A stretch of DNA of 49,352 nucleotides, from NCBI GenBank assembly GCA_041611735.1, contig JBFIML010000032.1, positions 1 through 49,352 on the forward strand, in the 5' to 3' direction. Shown in pieces: positions 8,342 to 18,616 of this stretch. This DNA comes from Myxococcota bacterium (GTDB lineage Bacteria; Myxococcota_A; UBA9160; PR03). The notes under the pieces were generated by a model, which was not told the origin of the DNA, ran no database searches, and saw only the letters and a list, made by a program, of their open reading frames with translations. The position numbers and the translations under genes are program-made. The first letter of the stretch is position 1. The number at the start of each line of letters is the position of its first letter.

Positions 8342-9259
8342 TCAGCGCGGCCGCCGGGCGTACTCCTCGAGGACGCCCCCGGTGGCGCCCCGCACGAGCC
8401 CCCAGCCGTAGCCCGCCTTGCGCAGGCCCTGGACCCAGCGCCAGGGCCGCCGCCGCAGCAGCCAGCGCGGGCTTCCCAGCATGATCCAGGCGCCCTTGCG
8501 CCAGAGCGCCCAGCGCGTGGCCCAGCCGGGCGCCAGCTCCAGGGCGATGAAGCCGTCGGCCACGCCGTAGCGCACCATGCGGCGCACGAGCCAGCGCCGC
8601 GTCAGGCGCGCTGCGGGAATCCACTCGCGCACCCGGGCGTCGTCCGCCCACACCATGCGCAGCCCCGCCCGCCGCAAGCTGCGGAAGAAGAGCGTGTCCT
8701 CGCCCCCCATCAGGTTGAGGCGCTCGTCGAAGCGCAGCCCGAGGCGCTCGACGGGCTCCGCCCGGAACAGCACGTTGTGGGTATAGGCCACCTCGAGGGA
8801 CGTTCCCGTGGGCCGCTGCTCGGGAGCGAAGAAGCCGCCCGCCAGGACCCACTGCGGGGGCGGCGACTCGAAGTGGGGCAGCACGGGCCCCGTCACCACG
8901 TCCGCCGCGTGGCCGCGCTGGGCGGCCAGCAGCCGGTCGAGCCAGTCGGGTTCCGGGACCTCGTCGTCGTCCAGGAAGGCGATCCACTCCACCGTGCCGG
9001 CCACCGCGGCGAGAGCGGCGTTGCGCGCCACGGCGATCCCGGGACGCGGCTCGTGGACGTAGACGAGCCGTCCCGCCAGGCGCGGGTTCCAAGCGGCGCA
9101 GGGGGCGGCCGCGGAAGCGTCGGCGCTGTTGTCCACGATCACCACGCGGAAGGCGAGGGGCGCCCCGGCGAAGCGCTGCGCCGCCAGGCCGGCGAGCAGG
9201 CGCTCCAGGCCCTGGGGTCGTTGGTAGGTGAGGGCGCAGACCGCGAGCGGAGCGCTCAC
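8342..9259 (-). CDS. Glycosyltransferase family 2 (ExoM-like)
   Basis: GTG 9259 overlaps the upstream TGA. LAVCALTYQRP, VDNS, GIAVARN, FLDDDE, GGEDTLFF. Only the last 305 aa of the 917-aa track ORF are credible. Confidence 0.88.
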   Translation of the reverse strand: MSAPLAVCALTYQRPQGLERLLAGLAAQRFAGAPLAFRVVIVDNSADASAAAPCAAWNPRLAGRLVYVHEPRPGIAVARNAALAAVAGTVEWIAFLDDDEVPEPDWLDRLLAAQRGHAADVVTGPVLPHFESPPPQWVLAGGFFAPEQRPTGTSLEVAYTHNVLFRAEPVERLGLRFDERLNLMGGEDTLFFRSLRRAGLRMVWADDARVREWIPAARLTRRWLVRRMVRYGVADGFIALELAPGWATRWALWRKGAWIMLGSPRWLLRRRPWRWVQGLRKAGYGWGLVRGATGGVLEEYARRPR

Positions 9260-10167
9260 CGGCGGCCGTAGCCCCGGAGCTGGCCCCAGTAGAGGGCGGA
9301 GGTCACGAGATCCTGGCTCCACACCTCCGGATTCCGAAACAGGGCGCCGATCCGGTAGCGGAGCTCCGAGGCGACGGCGCGCTTCCACCAGCCCCGGGGC
9401 CGACCGAACAGGGTCGGGAGCTCCGGGTCGCCCATGCGGCGCCCGAGCGACTCGCCTTCCGCCCGGAAGTAGCGGCGCAGGAAGCGGCGGGTCTGGTTCT
9501 CGGCGGGCACCCGGTGGTGCACGACGGCGTCCGGCACCCACCAGCCCTCGGCGCCGTCCGCCAGCATGCGGCGCATGACGTCGGTCTCCTCGCCGCGCAG
9601 GGCGCGTCCCGGCCGCACCCCGAGCTGCGGGTCGTAGGGATAGCGGGCCTGGTCGCGGGTGCGCACGGCCCAGTTGGCGCCGAAGGGCAGCCGCTGGGGT
9701 GTGAAGGGAAAGGGCACCGGGCCGAGCTCGCGCAGGCCGTAGGCGTCGGCCACCACGGGCAGCGCCCGCTGCAGCCAGCCGGGAGGATCGCCCACCAGCT
9801 GCACGCGGATCGGACCGCCCAGGAAGCTGGCCCCGGGCCGGCCCAGGAAGGCCGCGTGATAGGCCGCCAGCCAGTCGGGGTCCACGCGCACGTCGTCGTC
9901 GGTCCAGACCAGCCACGCGCCGCGCGCCTCGCCCACCGCCCGGTTCAGGGCGTTCGACTTGCCCGGGCGCGGCTCCAACAGCAGCCGGATCGGAAGCTGC
10001 GCGGCGTGCCGCGCCGCCACCGCGGAGGTGTCGTCGGTGCAGGCGTTGGCGACGACCAGGAGCTCCCAGTCCAGGCCCGGCGGGACGCGCAGGGCGTGCA
10101 GACTGCGCAAGGCCTCGTCCAGGCGTCTCGCCCGGTTCCAGGTGCAGATGGCGACGGTGAGCTGCAT
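9256..10167 (-). CDS. Glycosyltransferase family 2
   Basis: VAICTWNRA, VANACTDDT, GKSNALN, WTDDD, GANWAVR, GEETD. Confidence 0.9.
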   Translation of the reverse strand: MQLTVAICTWNRARRLDEALRSLHALRVPPGLDWELLVVANACTDDTSAVAARHAAQLPIRLLLEPRPGKSNALNRAVGEARGAWLVWTDDDVRVDPDWLAAYHAAFLGRPGASFLGGPIRVQLVGDPPGWLQRALPVVADAYGLRELGPVPFPFTPQRLPFGANWAVRTRDQARYPYDPQLGVRPGRALRGEETDVMRRMLADGAEGWWVPDAVVHHRVPAENQTRRFLRRYFRAEGESLGRRMGDPELPTLFGRPRGWWKRAVASELRYRIGALFRNPEVWSQDLVTSALYWGQLRGYGRR

Positions 10168-10176
10168 GACGGCCGC

Positions 10177-11124
10177 TCAGCCCGGGCCCTCGGGCTTCGG
10201 CGTGCGCCCGTACTCCTCGAAGACCCCGCCCGTCACGCCACGCAGCAGGCCGGCTCCGTAGGCCAGGCCGCGCAGCGCCCGCAGCCGCCAGTGGCGTCCC
10301 AGCACGAGACCCACCGGACAGGCCAGGGTGCCGAGGGCGAGCCAGGCGAGCCCGCGCGCCGCGAGCCGCCCGCGCGTGCCGAGGCCCGGCGCCAGATCCA
10401 GGGCCACGAAGGCATCCGTGTGGCCGCTCCGGAACTTGCGGCGCACCAGCCAGCGCGGGTCGACCCGCTCCGCGGGCACCGTCTCGCGCACGATGGCCTC
10501 GTCCGCCCAGACGATGGGGTAGCCCGCCCGGCCCAGGGCCGTGAAGAAGTGGGTGTCCTCCCCGCCGGTGCGATCGAGACGCGGGTCGAAGCGGCGTCCG
10601 GTCTCGCGCAGCAGCGCGCCCCGAAACAGCACGTTGCCCGTGAAGGCCCGCAGGAGAAGCGTGCCCGTGGGCCGGCGCGGCGTGGAGAAGAAGCCGCCGG
10701 CCGGCACCCAGTGGGGAGGCGGGCTCTCGAAGGCGGCGAGCACGGGGCCCGTCACCACGGGAGCCCCGGTGTCGCGCGCCACCTGGAGCAGCGCATCGAG
10801 CCAGCCGGGGTCCGGGACCTCGTCGTCGTCCAGGAAGGCGATCCACTCGGCGTCCCCCGCCGCCTCCAGGGCGGCGTTGCGGCCGCTGGCGATGCCCGGT
10901 CGCGCGCAGCGCCGGTAGACCAGGCCGGCGGAGAAGCGCCCGGCGAAGCCGGCGCAGACCGCCTCGGCGTCGGGCCGGGGCGCGTTGTCCACCACGATCA
11001 CCCGGAAGCCGGCGGGCGCGGCGCGGAAGCGCTGGCCCGCCAGCCCCTCCAGCAGGCGCGCGAGCCCCTGCGGCCGCGCGTGGGTGACGACGCACACCGC
11101 AATCCGGGGACGTTCTTGACGAAT
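10177..11124 (-). CDS. Glycosyltransferase family 2 (ExoM-like), paralogue of 8342-9259; start possibly ATT
   Basis: IAVCVVTHARP, VDNA, GIASGRN, FLDDDE, GGEDTHFF. No in-frame ATG/GTG precedes the first beta-strand; GGAG-N6-ATT lies at 11124. Confidence 0.82.
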   Translation of the reverse strand: MRQERPRIAVCVVTHARPQGLARLLEGLAGQRFRAAPAGFRVIVVDNAPRPDAEAVCAGFAGRFSAGLVYRRCARPGIASGRNAALEAAGDAEWIAFLDDDEVPDPGWLDALLQVARDTGAPVVTGPVLAAFESPPPHWVPAGGFFSTPRRPTGTLLLRAFTGNVLFRGALLRETGRRFDPRLDRTGGEDTHFFTALGRAGYPIVWADEAIVRETVPAERVDPRWLVRRKFRSGHTDAFVALDLAPGLGTRGRLAARGLAWLALGTLACPVGLVLGRHWRLRALRGLAYGAGLLRGVTGGVFEEYGRTPKPEGPG

Positions 11125-11141
11125 TGACTTCTCCCCGAGGG

Positions 11142-12356
11142 CTAGAGCGGCGCCACGCGGACGCCGTCGGCGACGCGGTCGCTCGGATGCAGAATCACCG
11201 TCTCGCCCGGCTCGAGGCCGTCGCGGATCTCGGTCTCGAAGGTGGCCCGGCGGCCCACCTCCACACGCCGCAGCCGCGCCCGGCCCGCCTCCAGCACGAA
11301 GACGTGCCAGGCGTCGCCACGGCGGAAGAGGGCGCTGCCGGGCACCTGGAGCACGTCCGCCCCCTCCCAGACCACGATGCGCGCCTCCACCCGGTAGCCG
11401 TCGCCGAGCGCCGGCACGGCCTCCGCGAAGTCGGCGATCACGTTCACGCGCTGCTCCTCGACGCCGAGGGCCGAGATCTTGGTGAAGCCGGAGGGCTCGA
11501 CCCGCCGCACGCGCGCCGCGAGGGGCGCGTCCCCACCCCAGTCCTCGATCCAGATCGGAGCGCCGGGCTGCACCCGCACCGCGTCCGCCGAGAGCACGTC
11601 CACCACGATCTCGAGAGCGCCTGGATCGCCGAGCTCGAGGAGGGGCGCGCCGGCCACCACCACCCGCTCGCTCCTCTCCGGGATGCGCAGCACACGGCCC
11701 GCCACCGGGGAGTGCAGGTCCACGCACGCGACGCTTCCCTCGCAAGGAGTCCCACCGCCGGAGTTGCCGGTCCCGGGTCCGCCGGCCGTGAGCAGCGCCG
11801 CCCGCGCTACCTCCACCTCATAGTCGGCGGCCTTGGCGGCGAAGCGGGCCGCCTCGAGCTCGCGCGCGAGACGCGTCTCCTCGAGCTGGGCCAGCTCGTA
11901 GGCCTCCGCCGAGAGCGTCCCGGCCTCGCGCAGGCGCTCGGCGCGCCGTGCGTCGCGGCGGGCCTGGGCCAGGCCGGCCGCGGCGAGCCGCACCCGGGCC
12001 CCCGCCGCACGCTGGTTGGCCTGGGCCGCCTCGAGGTGCGCCCGGGCCCCGGCCTCGGTTCGCGGGTCCAGGGGCGCCGGCTCGAGGCGGGCCAGCAGCG
12101 TCCCCGCCGCCACCGCGTCGCCCTCCTCGAGGGTGATGCGGAGCAGGCGCCCGCTGGTGGGGGCAGCCACCACGTAGCGCTCGCGCACCCGCGTCTCGCC
12201 CTCCTCGTCCACGGTCACCTGGAGGGGTCCGCGCGACACCGCGGCCGCCTCCACGGGGACCGGCGTCGGCCGCAGCAGCACCCAGAGGAGCGCCACGCCC
12301 GCCCCCGCGGCGAGAGCCAGCCCCACGTTACGCCGGGAGAACCACACCGGCCTCAC
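11142..12356 (-). CDS. Efflux RND/ABC membrane-fusion protein (HlyD/MacA-like)
   Basis: GTG overlaps the upstream stop. N-terminal TM, VTVDEEGETRVRERYVVAAP, a coiled-coil hairpin, GFTKISALGVEEQRVNV, VPGSALFR. Confidence 0.88.
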   Translation of the reverse strand: MRPVWFSRRNVGLALAAGAGVALLWVLLRPTPVPVEAAAVSRGPLQVTVDEEGETRVRERYVVAAPTSGRLLRITLEEGDAVAAGTLLARLEPAPLDPRTEAGARAHLEAAQANQRAAGARVRLAAAGLAQARRDARRAERLREAGTLSAEAYELAQLEETRLARELEAARFAAKAADYEVEVARAALLTAGGPGTGNSGGGTPCEGSVACVDLHSPVAGRVLRIPERSERVVVAGAPLLELGDPGALEIVVDVLSADAVRVQPGAPIWIEDWGGDAPLAARVRRVEPSGFTKISALGVEEQRVNVIADFAEAVPALGDGYRVEARIVVWEGADVLQVPGSALFRRGDAWHVFVLEAGRARLRRVEVGRRATFETEIRDGLEPGETVILHPSDRVADGVRVAPL

Positions 12357-14716
12357 TCCCGGGTCTTCAAGACGGCCACCAGGTCGAGGCGGTCGAGGCG
12401 GCGGCGTACGAGCCAGCCGGAGCCCACCGCCGCCAGCGCCACGACCCCGATGGCGAAGGCCCAGGTGCGATCGCTCAGCACGAGGGGCAGACGGAAGAAC
12501 TCCCACTGGTAGTGGAGGGCGATGGTGCGGCACAGCTGGAGCCCGATCCAGAAGCCGGCGGGGACCGCGGCGAGGAGCAGCAGACCCTGCTCGCCCAGCA
12601 GCAGGACGGCGATCTCCCGGCGGGTGAAGCCGAGCACGCGCAGGCTCGCCAGCTCCCGGCCCCGCTCCGAGAGGGCGATGCGGGCCGCGTTGTAGACCAC
12701 CGCCGCGGCGATCACGCAGGCGAAGACCACGAGCACCGTGGTGAAGATGCCGAAGCTGCGGGCGAGGGTGGCCTCGAAGCTCCCGAGTGTCGCCAGCCGC
12801 GTGCTGGCCCCGGCCACCGCCGGCATGCGCTTGAGCTCGGCGTTCAGCAGCGGGAGCGCTTCCCCGTCCACGCGCAGGAAGGCGCCGGAGAGGGAGCCCT
12901 GCTCGCGCAGCAGCCGATGCAGGGCGTGGCGGTCCATGTAGGCGTTCAGGCCGAGCAGCTCGTCGATGCGCCCGGCCACCACCACCTGGCGCACCGGGCG
13001 GGAGCCCTCCAGCACCTCGACCCGCAGCCGCTCGCCCACCTGGACGCCCAGGATCTCGGCGAGCTTGGTGGTGAGCAGGACGCCCTCCGGCGGCGGCGCC
13101 ACCGGCCGCCGGTCCGAGCCCATCACCCGGCGCAGCTCGCCGCCCGGGTCGAGGCCGAAGAGCGGCACCCGGCGGTGGGCGTGGGCGAAGCGCAGGCGCG
13201 CCGGCACCACCCGGAAGGGCTCCACGCGCAGGACCCCGGGCAGGGCCGCCAGATCGTGACGGGCCCGGGAGGGCAGGGGCTCGTGGAAGGCCACCGTCAG
13301 GTCCTCGCGCTGCACGGTGCGGAACTGGAGCTCCGCCATGAACTGCACGGCATCCACGAAATAGCGCCCCACCACCAGGATGGAGACCGCCAGGGCGAGG
13401 CCCAGGATCGTGAGCCCGGCCCGCCCGGGCTGGCGCGCCACGTTGCGCCAGATCATGCGCACCGCCGCAGGGAGACGCGGACCCAGACCGGAGCGCTCGA
13501 GCACCCCGGCCCGGAAGCGGGCCGGCGGCTCCGGCCGCATGGCCTCGGCGGGGGCCAGGGCCAGCACCCGGCGCACGGCCCCGAGCGCCCCGGCCACCGC
13601 CGCCAGCGCCGAGACGCCGATGGCCAGCGCCACCACCGTGAACCCCGGCGCGTAGCGCAGCACCGGGAAGCGGTAGAACTCCACGTACATGGCGTTGATC
13701 CCGGCGCCGAGCCAGAGGCCGAGGGGCGTCCCGAGGCTGGCCCCCAGGGCCACGGCGGCCAGGGCGAAGCCCAGGTAGTGGAGCGCCACGGCGCGGCTCC
13801 CGTAGCCGAAGGCCTTGAGCACGGCGATCTGGTCGCGCTGGGTGGCCACGAGGCGCGAGAGCACGATGTTCAGCAGGAAGGCGGCCACCCCCAGGAAGAT
13901 CAGCGGCAGCACCGTCCCGAACACGCGGTTCTGGGCGATCTCGTCGGAGATGAAGCGGTGCGAGATCTGGTCGTCGCGCCCGCCCGCGCCGAGCCCGCCC
14001 CAGCGCTCCAGCATCCGGTCGAGACGCGCGATCACCTCCTCCTGGGAGGCGCCATCGGTCACGCGCAGGGCCACGTCGTTGAAGGCGCCCTCCATCTCGA
14101 AGGCCGGCCCGAGGGCCGCCCGGCTCATCCACAGCACCCCGAAGCGCCGGTTGTCCGGGAAGAGCTCGGTGCCGCGGATCTCGTAGATGTACTCGGGCGA
14201 GAGGGCGATGCCGACCACGTGCAGCCGCTCCCAGCGCCCGTTCAGGACCGCCCCGATCGCGTCGCCCACGCGCAGATGGTTGGCCTCGGCGAAGGCCTCG
14301 GAGACCAGCACCTCGTCCCGGCGTCCCGGCTCGAGCCAGCGCCCGCGGCGCAGGTGGAGGTCGTTCAGCATGGGGACGCGGCGCTCGGGGATCGAGATCA
14401 CCCGCCCGATGGCCGGCTCCGAGAGCCCCGGCACGTCGAGGGTCACCTCGAACACGATGCGGGTCTCCACCGCCGCCACGCCGGGGATCGCGGCCAGGCG
14501 CGAGCGCAAAGTCTCGGGCGCGCGTTTGAGCCGCGCGAAGACGTCCGCGTAGCGGTAGCGCGCGTAGTAGGTGGACTGGGAGATGGCCAGGGACTCGTAG
14601 GCCGTGCGGGTCGTCACCACGGTGGCGACGCCGCAGGCCACCACCAGCGCGATGGCCACCACCTGTCCGCGCAGATGGAGCAGGTCGCGCCACAGCTTGC
14701 GATCCAGGGCCTTCAC
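12353..14716 (-). CDS. ABC transporter permease, tandem FtsX/MacB-like domains
   Basis: [12 protein letters not shown] start, two periplasmic/FtsX halves, [13 protein letters not shown] and [14 protein letters not shown]. Confidence 0.9.
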   Translation of the reverse strand: MKALDRKLWRDLLHLRGQVVAIALVVACGVATVVTTRTAYESLAISQSTYYARYRYADVFARLKRAPETLRSRLAAIPGVAAVETRIVFEVTLDVPGLSEPAIGRVISIPERRVPMLNDLHLRRGRWLEPGRRDEVLVSEAFAEANHLRVGDAIGAVLNGRWERLHVVGIALSPEYIYEIRGTELFPDNRRFGVLWMSRAALGPAFEMEGAFNDVALRVTDGASQEEVIARLDRMLERWGGLGAGGRDDQISHRFISDEIAQNRVFGTVLPLIFLGVAAFLLNIVLSRLVATQRDQIAVLKAFGYGSRAVALHYLGFALAAVALGASLGTPLGLWLGAGINAMYVEFYRFPVLRYAPGFTVVALAIGVSALAAVAGALGAVRRVLALAPAEAMRPEPPARFRAGVLERSGLGPRLPAAVRMIWRNVARQPGRAGLTILGLALAVSILVVGRYFVDAVQFMAELQFRTVQREDLTVAFHEPLPSRARHDLAALPGVLRVEPFRVVPARLRFAHAHRRVPLFGLDPGGELRRVMGSDRRPVAPPPEGVLLTTKLAEILGVQVGERLRVEVLEGSRPVRQVVVAGRIDELLGLNAYMDRHALHRLLREQGSLSGAFLRVDGEALPLLNAELKRMPAVAGASTRLATLGSFEATLARSFGIFTTVLVVFACVIAAAVVYNAARIALSERGRELASLRVLGFTRREIAVLLLGEQGLLLLAAVPAGFWIGLQLCRTIALHYQWEFFRLPLVLSDRTWAFAIGVVALAAVGSGWLVRRRLDRLDLVAVLKTRE

Positions 14717-14723
14717 GCGCCGC

Positions 14724-15470
<747 letters not shown>

Positions 15471-15548
15471 GGCGCCGCAACGAAACCCCAGGGCGCTGGC
15501 GCGGGCAAGGCCACGCCAGCCCCGCGGCGCGGACGGCGCGCAGCCCCG

Positions 15549-15557
15549 TGGTAACAT
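15549..15557 (+). promoter_or_regulatory. Extended -10 promoter element (TGgTAACAT) for glgP
   Basis: TGn-TAACAT lies 20 nt upstream of GTG 15577, with a GAGGAG RBS between them. Confidence 0.5.
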
Positions 15558-15576
15558 GGGGCAACGAGGAGAGGGG

Positions 15577-17772
15577 GTGGACGCCGTGCGCCCCGCGACG
15601 AACGACCACCCGGCCCCCCGCTGGCACGCCACGCAGCCGACGGGGCAGGCCGACACGACCCGGGCCATCGAGCTCCTGGCCGGGCGCCTGCCCGAGACGC
15701 TGCGCGTCTTCGCCGAGATCGCCTACGACCTGGCCTGGTCCTGGCGGCCGGGCGGCGAGGACCTGTTCCGCTGCGTCGATCCCTATCGCTGGGAGGCGTC
15801 CTACCACAACCCCGTGCGCTTCCTGCTGGAGACCCCCCTCTCGGAGCTGGAGCGGGCCGCCGCCAACGCCGATCTCGTGGCCCGGGCCGAGGGGCTGCGC
15901 GATTCGCTGCGCGAGGCTCGCTCGCGGCCCTTCCAGGAGACCGGGCGCGTCTCCGCCGAGCGGCCGGTGGCCTTCCTGTGCGCCGAGTACGGCCTCCACC
16001 GCTGCCTGCCCATCTACGCCGGCGGTCTCGGCATCCTGGCCGGCGACATCGTCAAGCAGGCCTCGGACTCGGGCCTCCCGCTGGCGGCGGTCGGGCTCTT
16101 CTACCGCCAGGGCTACATGCACCAGCGCCTGGATCCGAGCGGCTGGCAGCACGAGTACTGGGTCCGCACGGACCCCGACCTGCTTCCCCTGGCGCGCATC
16201 TCGAACAGCGACGGCACCCCGCGCCTGGTGACGGTGCGCATCCGCGGGCACGAGGTGGTGTTCCGGATCTGGCGGGTGGTCCTCGGGCGCGTCTCCCTGT
16301 ATCTCCTCGACGCCCACCGGGAGCGCAACCCGCGCATCGACCGCTGGATCACGGCACGCCTCTACGACTCCTCCCGGGACATGCGCCTGGCCCAGTACGC
16401 GGCCCTCGGCCTGGGCGGGATTCGCGCCCTGCGGGCGCTCGGCATCGAGCCGGGCCTCGTGCACCTGAACGAGGGCCACGCGGCCCTGGCGGCCCTCGAG
16501 CTGGCCCGGGAGGAGCGGGCGGCGGGACGCTCGGAGCAGGAGGCCCTGGCCAGCGCGCGCGAGCGCATCGTCTTCACCACCCACACGCCCGTCGCCGCCG
16601 GCAACGAGAGCTACACCGCCGCGGAGCTGGAGAGTGCCCTCCCGGGCCTGGCCGAGGAGGTGGGCCTGGAGCGCGAGGGGCTGCTGGCGCTCGGACGCGT
16701 GCACCCGGAGGATCGCGACGAGCCCTTCGGCCTGACCGTCCTGGCCCTGCGCACCAGTCACGCCGCCAACGGCGTGAGCCGCCGCCACGGCGAGGTGGCG
16801 CGCTCCATGTGGCAGCGGCTGTGGCCGGAGCGCGCCCCGGAGCAGGTGCCCGTCGGCCACGTGACCAACGGGGTGCACCTGCCCACCTGGATGGCGGAGC
16901 CCATGCGGGCGCTGCTCGAGAAGCACCTGGGCGTCGGCTTCGAGGAGCGCGCGGCGGATCCGGCCGTGTGGGAGGCGGTGGAGGCGATCCCCGACGCGGA
17001 GCTCTGGACCGTTCGCCGCACCCTGCGCTCGACCCTGGTGGAGTTCCTGCGCGACCGCAGCATCGCGGACCGGCTGGCGCGCAACGAGAGCCTCTCCTAC
17101 GTGGAGGCGGCCGCCAACGCCTTCGACCCCGAGGTGCTGACCATCGGCTTCGCCCGCCGCGTGGCCGCCTACAAGCGCCTGCAGCTGCTGGTGCACGATC
17201 CCGGGCGCGCGGTCGCCCTGCTGCGCCCCCCGCACCCCGCCCAGGTGGTGATCGCCGGCAAGGCCCATCCCCTGGACGACGAGGCCAAGCGGCTCGTGCA
17301 GCGCATCTTCACCATGAAGCGGGCCGAGGGCGTGGCGGGGCACGTGATCTTCCTGGAGGACTACGGGATGGGGCTCGCGGCGCCGCTGGTGGCGGGCTGC
17401 GACGTGTGGGTGAACCTGCCCCGGCCGCCGCTGGAGGCCAGCGGCACCAGCGGCATGAAGTGCGCCTTGAACGGGGTGCTCAACCTGAGCGTGCTCGACG
17501 GCTGGTGGCAGGAGGCCTGGGACGGCGAGAACGGCTGGGCGCTGCCGGACGAGGCGGTCTCGGACGAGCACGCACGCGACGCCCGCGACGCGGCCGCCCT
17601 CTACGACCTGCTCGAGCGCCAGGTGGCGCCGATCTTCTACGACCGGGACGCGGCCGGCGTGCCGGTCGGCTGGGTGCGCCGCGTGAAGGCCTCCCTGCGC
17701 ACGCTCGGCCCGCGCTTCTGCGCCCAGCGCATGCTCACCGACTACGTGAACTCCACCTACACAAGCCGTTGA
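15577..17772 (+). CDS. glgP: Alpha-glucan (glycogen/starch) phosphorylase
   Basis: [45 protein letters not shown] and the PLP-lysine motif EASGTSGMK. Confidence 0.95.
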   Translation: MDAVRPATNDHPAPRWHATQPTGQADTTRAIELLAGRLPETLRVFAEIAYDLAWSWRPGGEDLFRCVDPYRWEASYHNPVRFLLETPLSELERAAANADLVARAEGLRDSLREARSRPFQETGRVSAERPVAFLCAEYGLHRCLPIYAGGLGILAGDIVKQASDSGLPLAAVGLFYRQGYMHQRLDPSGWQHEYWVRTDPDLLPLARISNSDGTPRLVTVRIRGHEVVFRIWRVVLGRVSLYLLDAHRERNPRIDRWITARLYDSSRDMRLAQYAALGLGGIRALRALGIEPGLVHLNEGHAALAALELAREERAAGRSEQEALASARERIVFTTHTPVAAGNESYTAAELESALPGLAEEVGLEREGLLALGRVHPEDRDEPFGLTVLALRTSHAANGVSRRHGEVARSMWQRLWPERAPEQVPVGHVTNGVHLPTWMAEPMRALLEKHLGVGFEERAADPAVWEAVEAIPDAELWTVRRTLRSTLVEFLRDRSIADRLARNESLSYVEAAANAFDPEVLTIGFARRVAAYKRLQLLVHDPGRAVALLRPPHPAQVVIAGKAHPLDDEAKRLVQRIFTMKRAEGVAGHVIFLEDYGMGLAAPLVAGCDVWVNLPRPPLEASGTSGMKCALNGVLNLSVLDGWWQEAWDGENGWALPDEAVSDEHARDARDAAALYDLLERQVAPIFYDRDAAGVPVGWVRRVKASLRTLGPRFCAQRMLTDYVNSTYTSR

Positions 17773-18503
17773 GCGGACTGGCCGGTCTCGACCCGGGCGA
17801 GCTGGGAGCGGCGTGGACCGTTCTGGCGCTGGGGGCGGCGGTACAGGGATCCGTGGGCTTCGGCCTCGCCTTGGTGGCGGCGCCGCTGCTGATCCTGATC
17901 GAGCCGCGCCTCGTGCCGGGGCCCCTGATCGCCGCCGCGCTGGTCCTGATCGGGCTCATGTCCCATCGCGAGCGCCGTGCGGTGGATCTGGACGGCTTCC
18001 ACTGGGCGCTGCTGGGCCGCCTGGTGGGGGTTCCCTGCGGCGCCCTGGCCCTGGTCTCGCTGCCGCACCGGGAGACCAGCCTGCTGTTCGCCGCGCTGGT
18101 GCTGGCGGCGGTGGCCATGAGCGCCACGGGCCGTCGCTTCGCCCCGCGCCAGGGCACGCTTCTCGGGGCGGGGCTCCTCTCCGGCTTCATGGGCACCTTC
18201 TCCGCCATCGGAGGTCCTCCCCTGGCTCTGGTCTACCAGGACGCGCCGGGCGCCCGGGTGCGTGGCACGCTGGCCGCCCACTTCCTGGTGGGGGCCCTGC
18301 TGTCCCTGGGCGGACTCGCCTTCGTGGGCCGCTTCGGCTGGGGCGAGCTGCGACTGGCGGCGGTGCTCGTCCCGGGCGTGGTGGTGGGCTTCGTCCTCTC
18401 GCTCCCCCTGGCCCGTCGCCTGGACCGGGGCGAGACGCGCCGGGCCGTCCTCGCCGTCTCCACCACGGCGGCGATCCTCGTGATGGCGCAGGCGTTTCGC
18501 TGA
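17769..18503 (+). CDS. Sulfite exporter TauE/SafE family membrane protein
   Basis: TTG overlaps the glgP stop. VQGSVGFGLALVAAP, SGFMGTFSAIGGPP and about eight TM segments. Confidence 0.85.
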   Translation: MSGLAGLDPGELGAAWTVLALGAAVQGSVGFGLALVAAPLLILIEPRLVPGPLIAAALVLIGLMSHRERRAVDLDGFHWALLGRLVGVPCGALALVSLPHRETSLLFAALVLAAVAMSATGRRFAPRQGTLLGAGLLSGFMGTFSAIGGPPLALVYQDAPGARVRGTLAAHFLVGALLSLGGLAFVGRFGWGELRLAAVLVPGVVVGFVLSLPLARRLDRGETRRAVLAVSTTAAILVMAQAFR

Positions 18504-18616
18504 AGGGGCTGCGCCTGGCTTCGAGCGGCTTCTCCGGTCCTACGGAACAACTTCTTGAAAACACGATGCTTTCTCTGGCAGCGTAGACGACCGCCGGCCA
18601 CTGGGAGGAGCCGCTC

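Noticed and set aside
8342-14693. Apparent giant fusion ORFs (917 aa, 1183 aa and similar N-terminally extended ORFs)
   Set aside because: The extensions overlap real genes in other frames; true starts lie at GTGA/TTGA overlaps, so these are not fusions or frameshifts.
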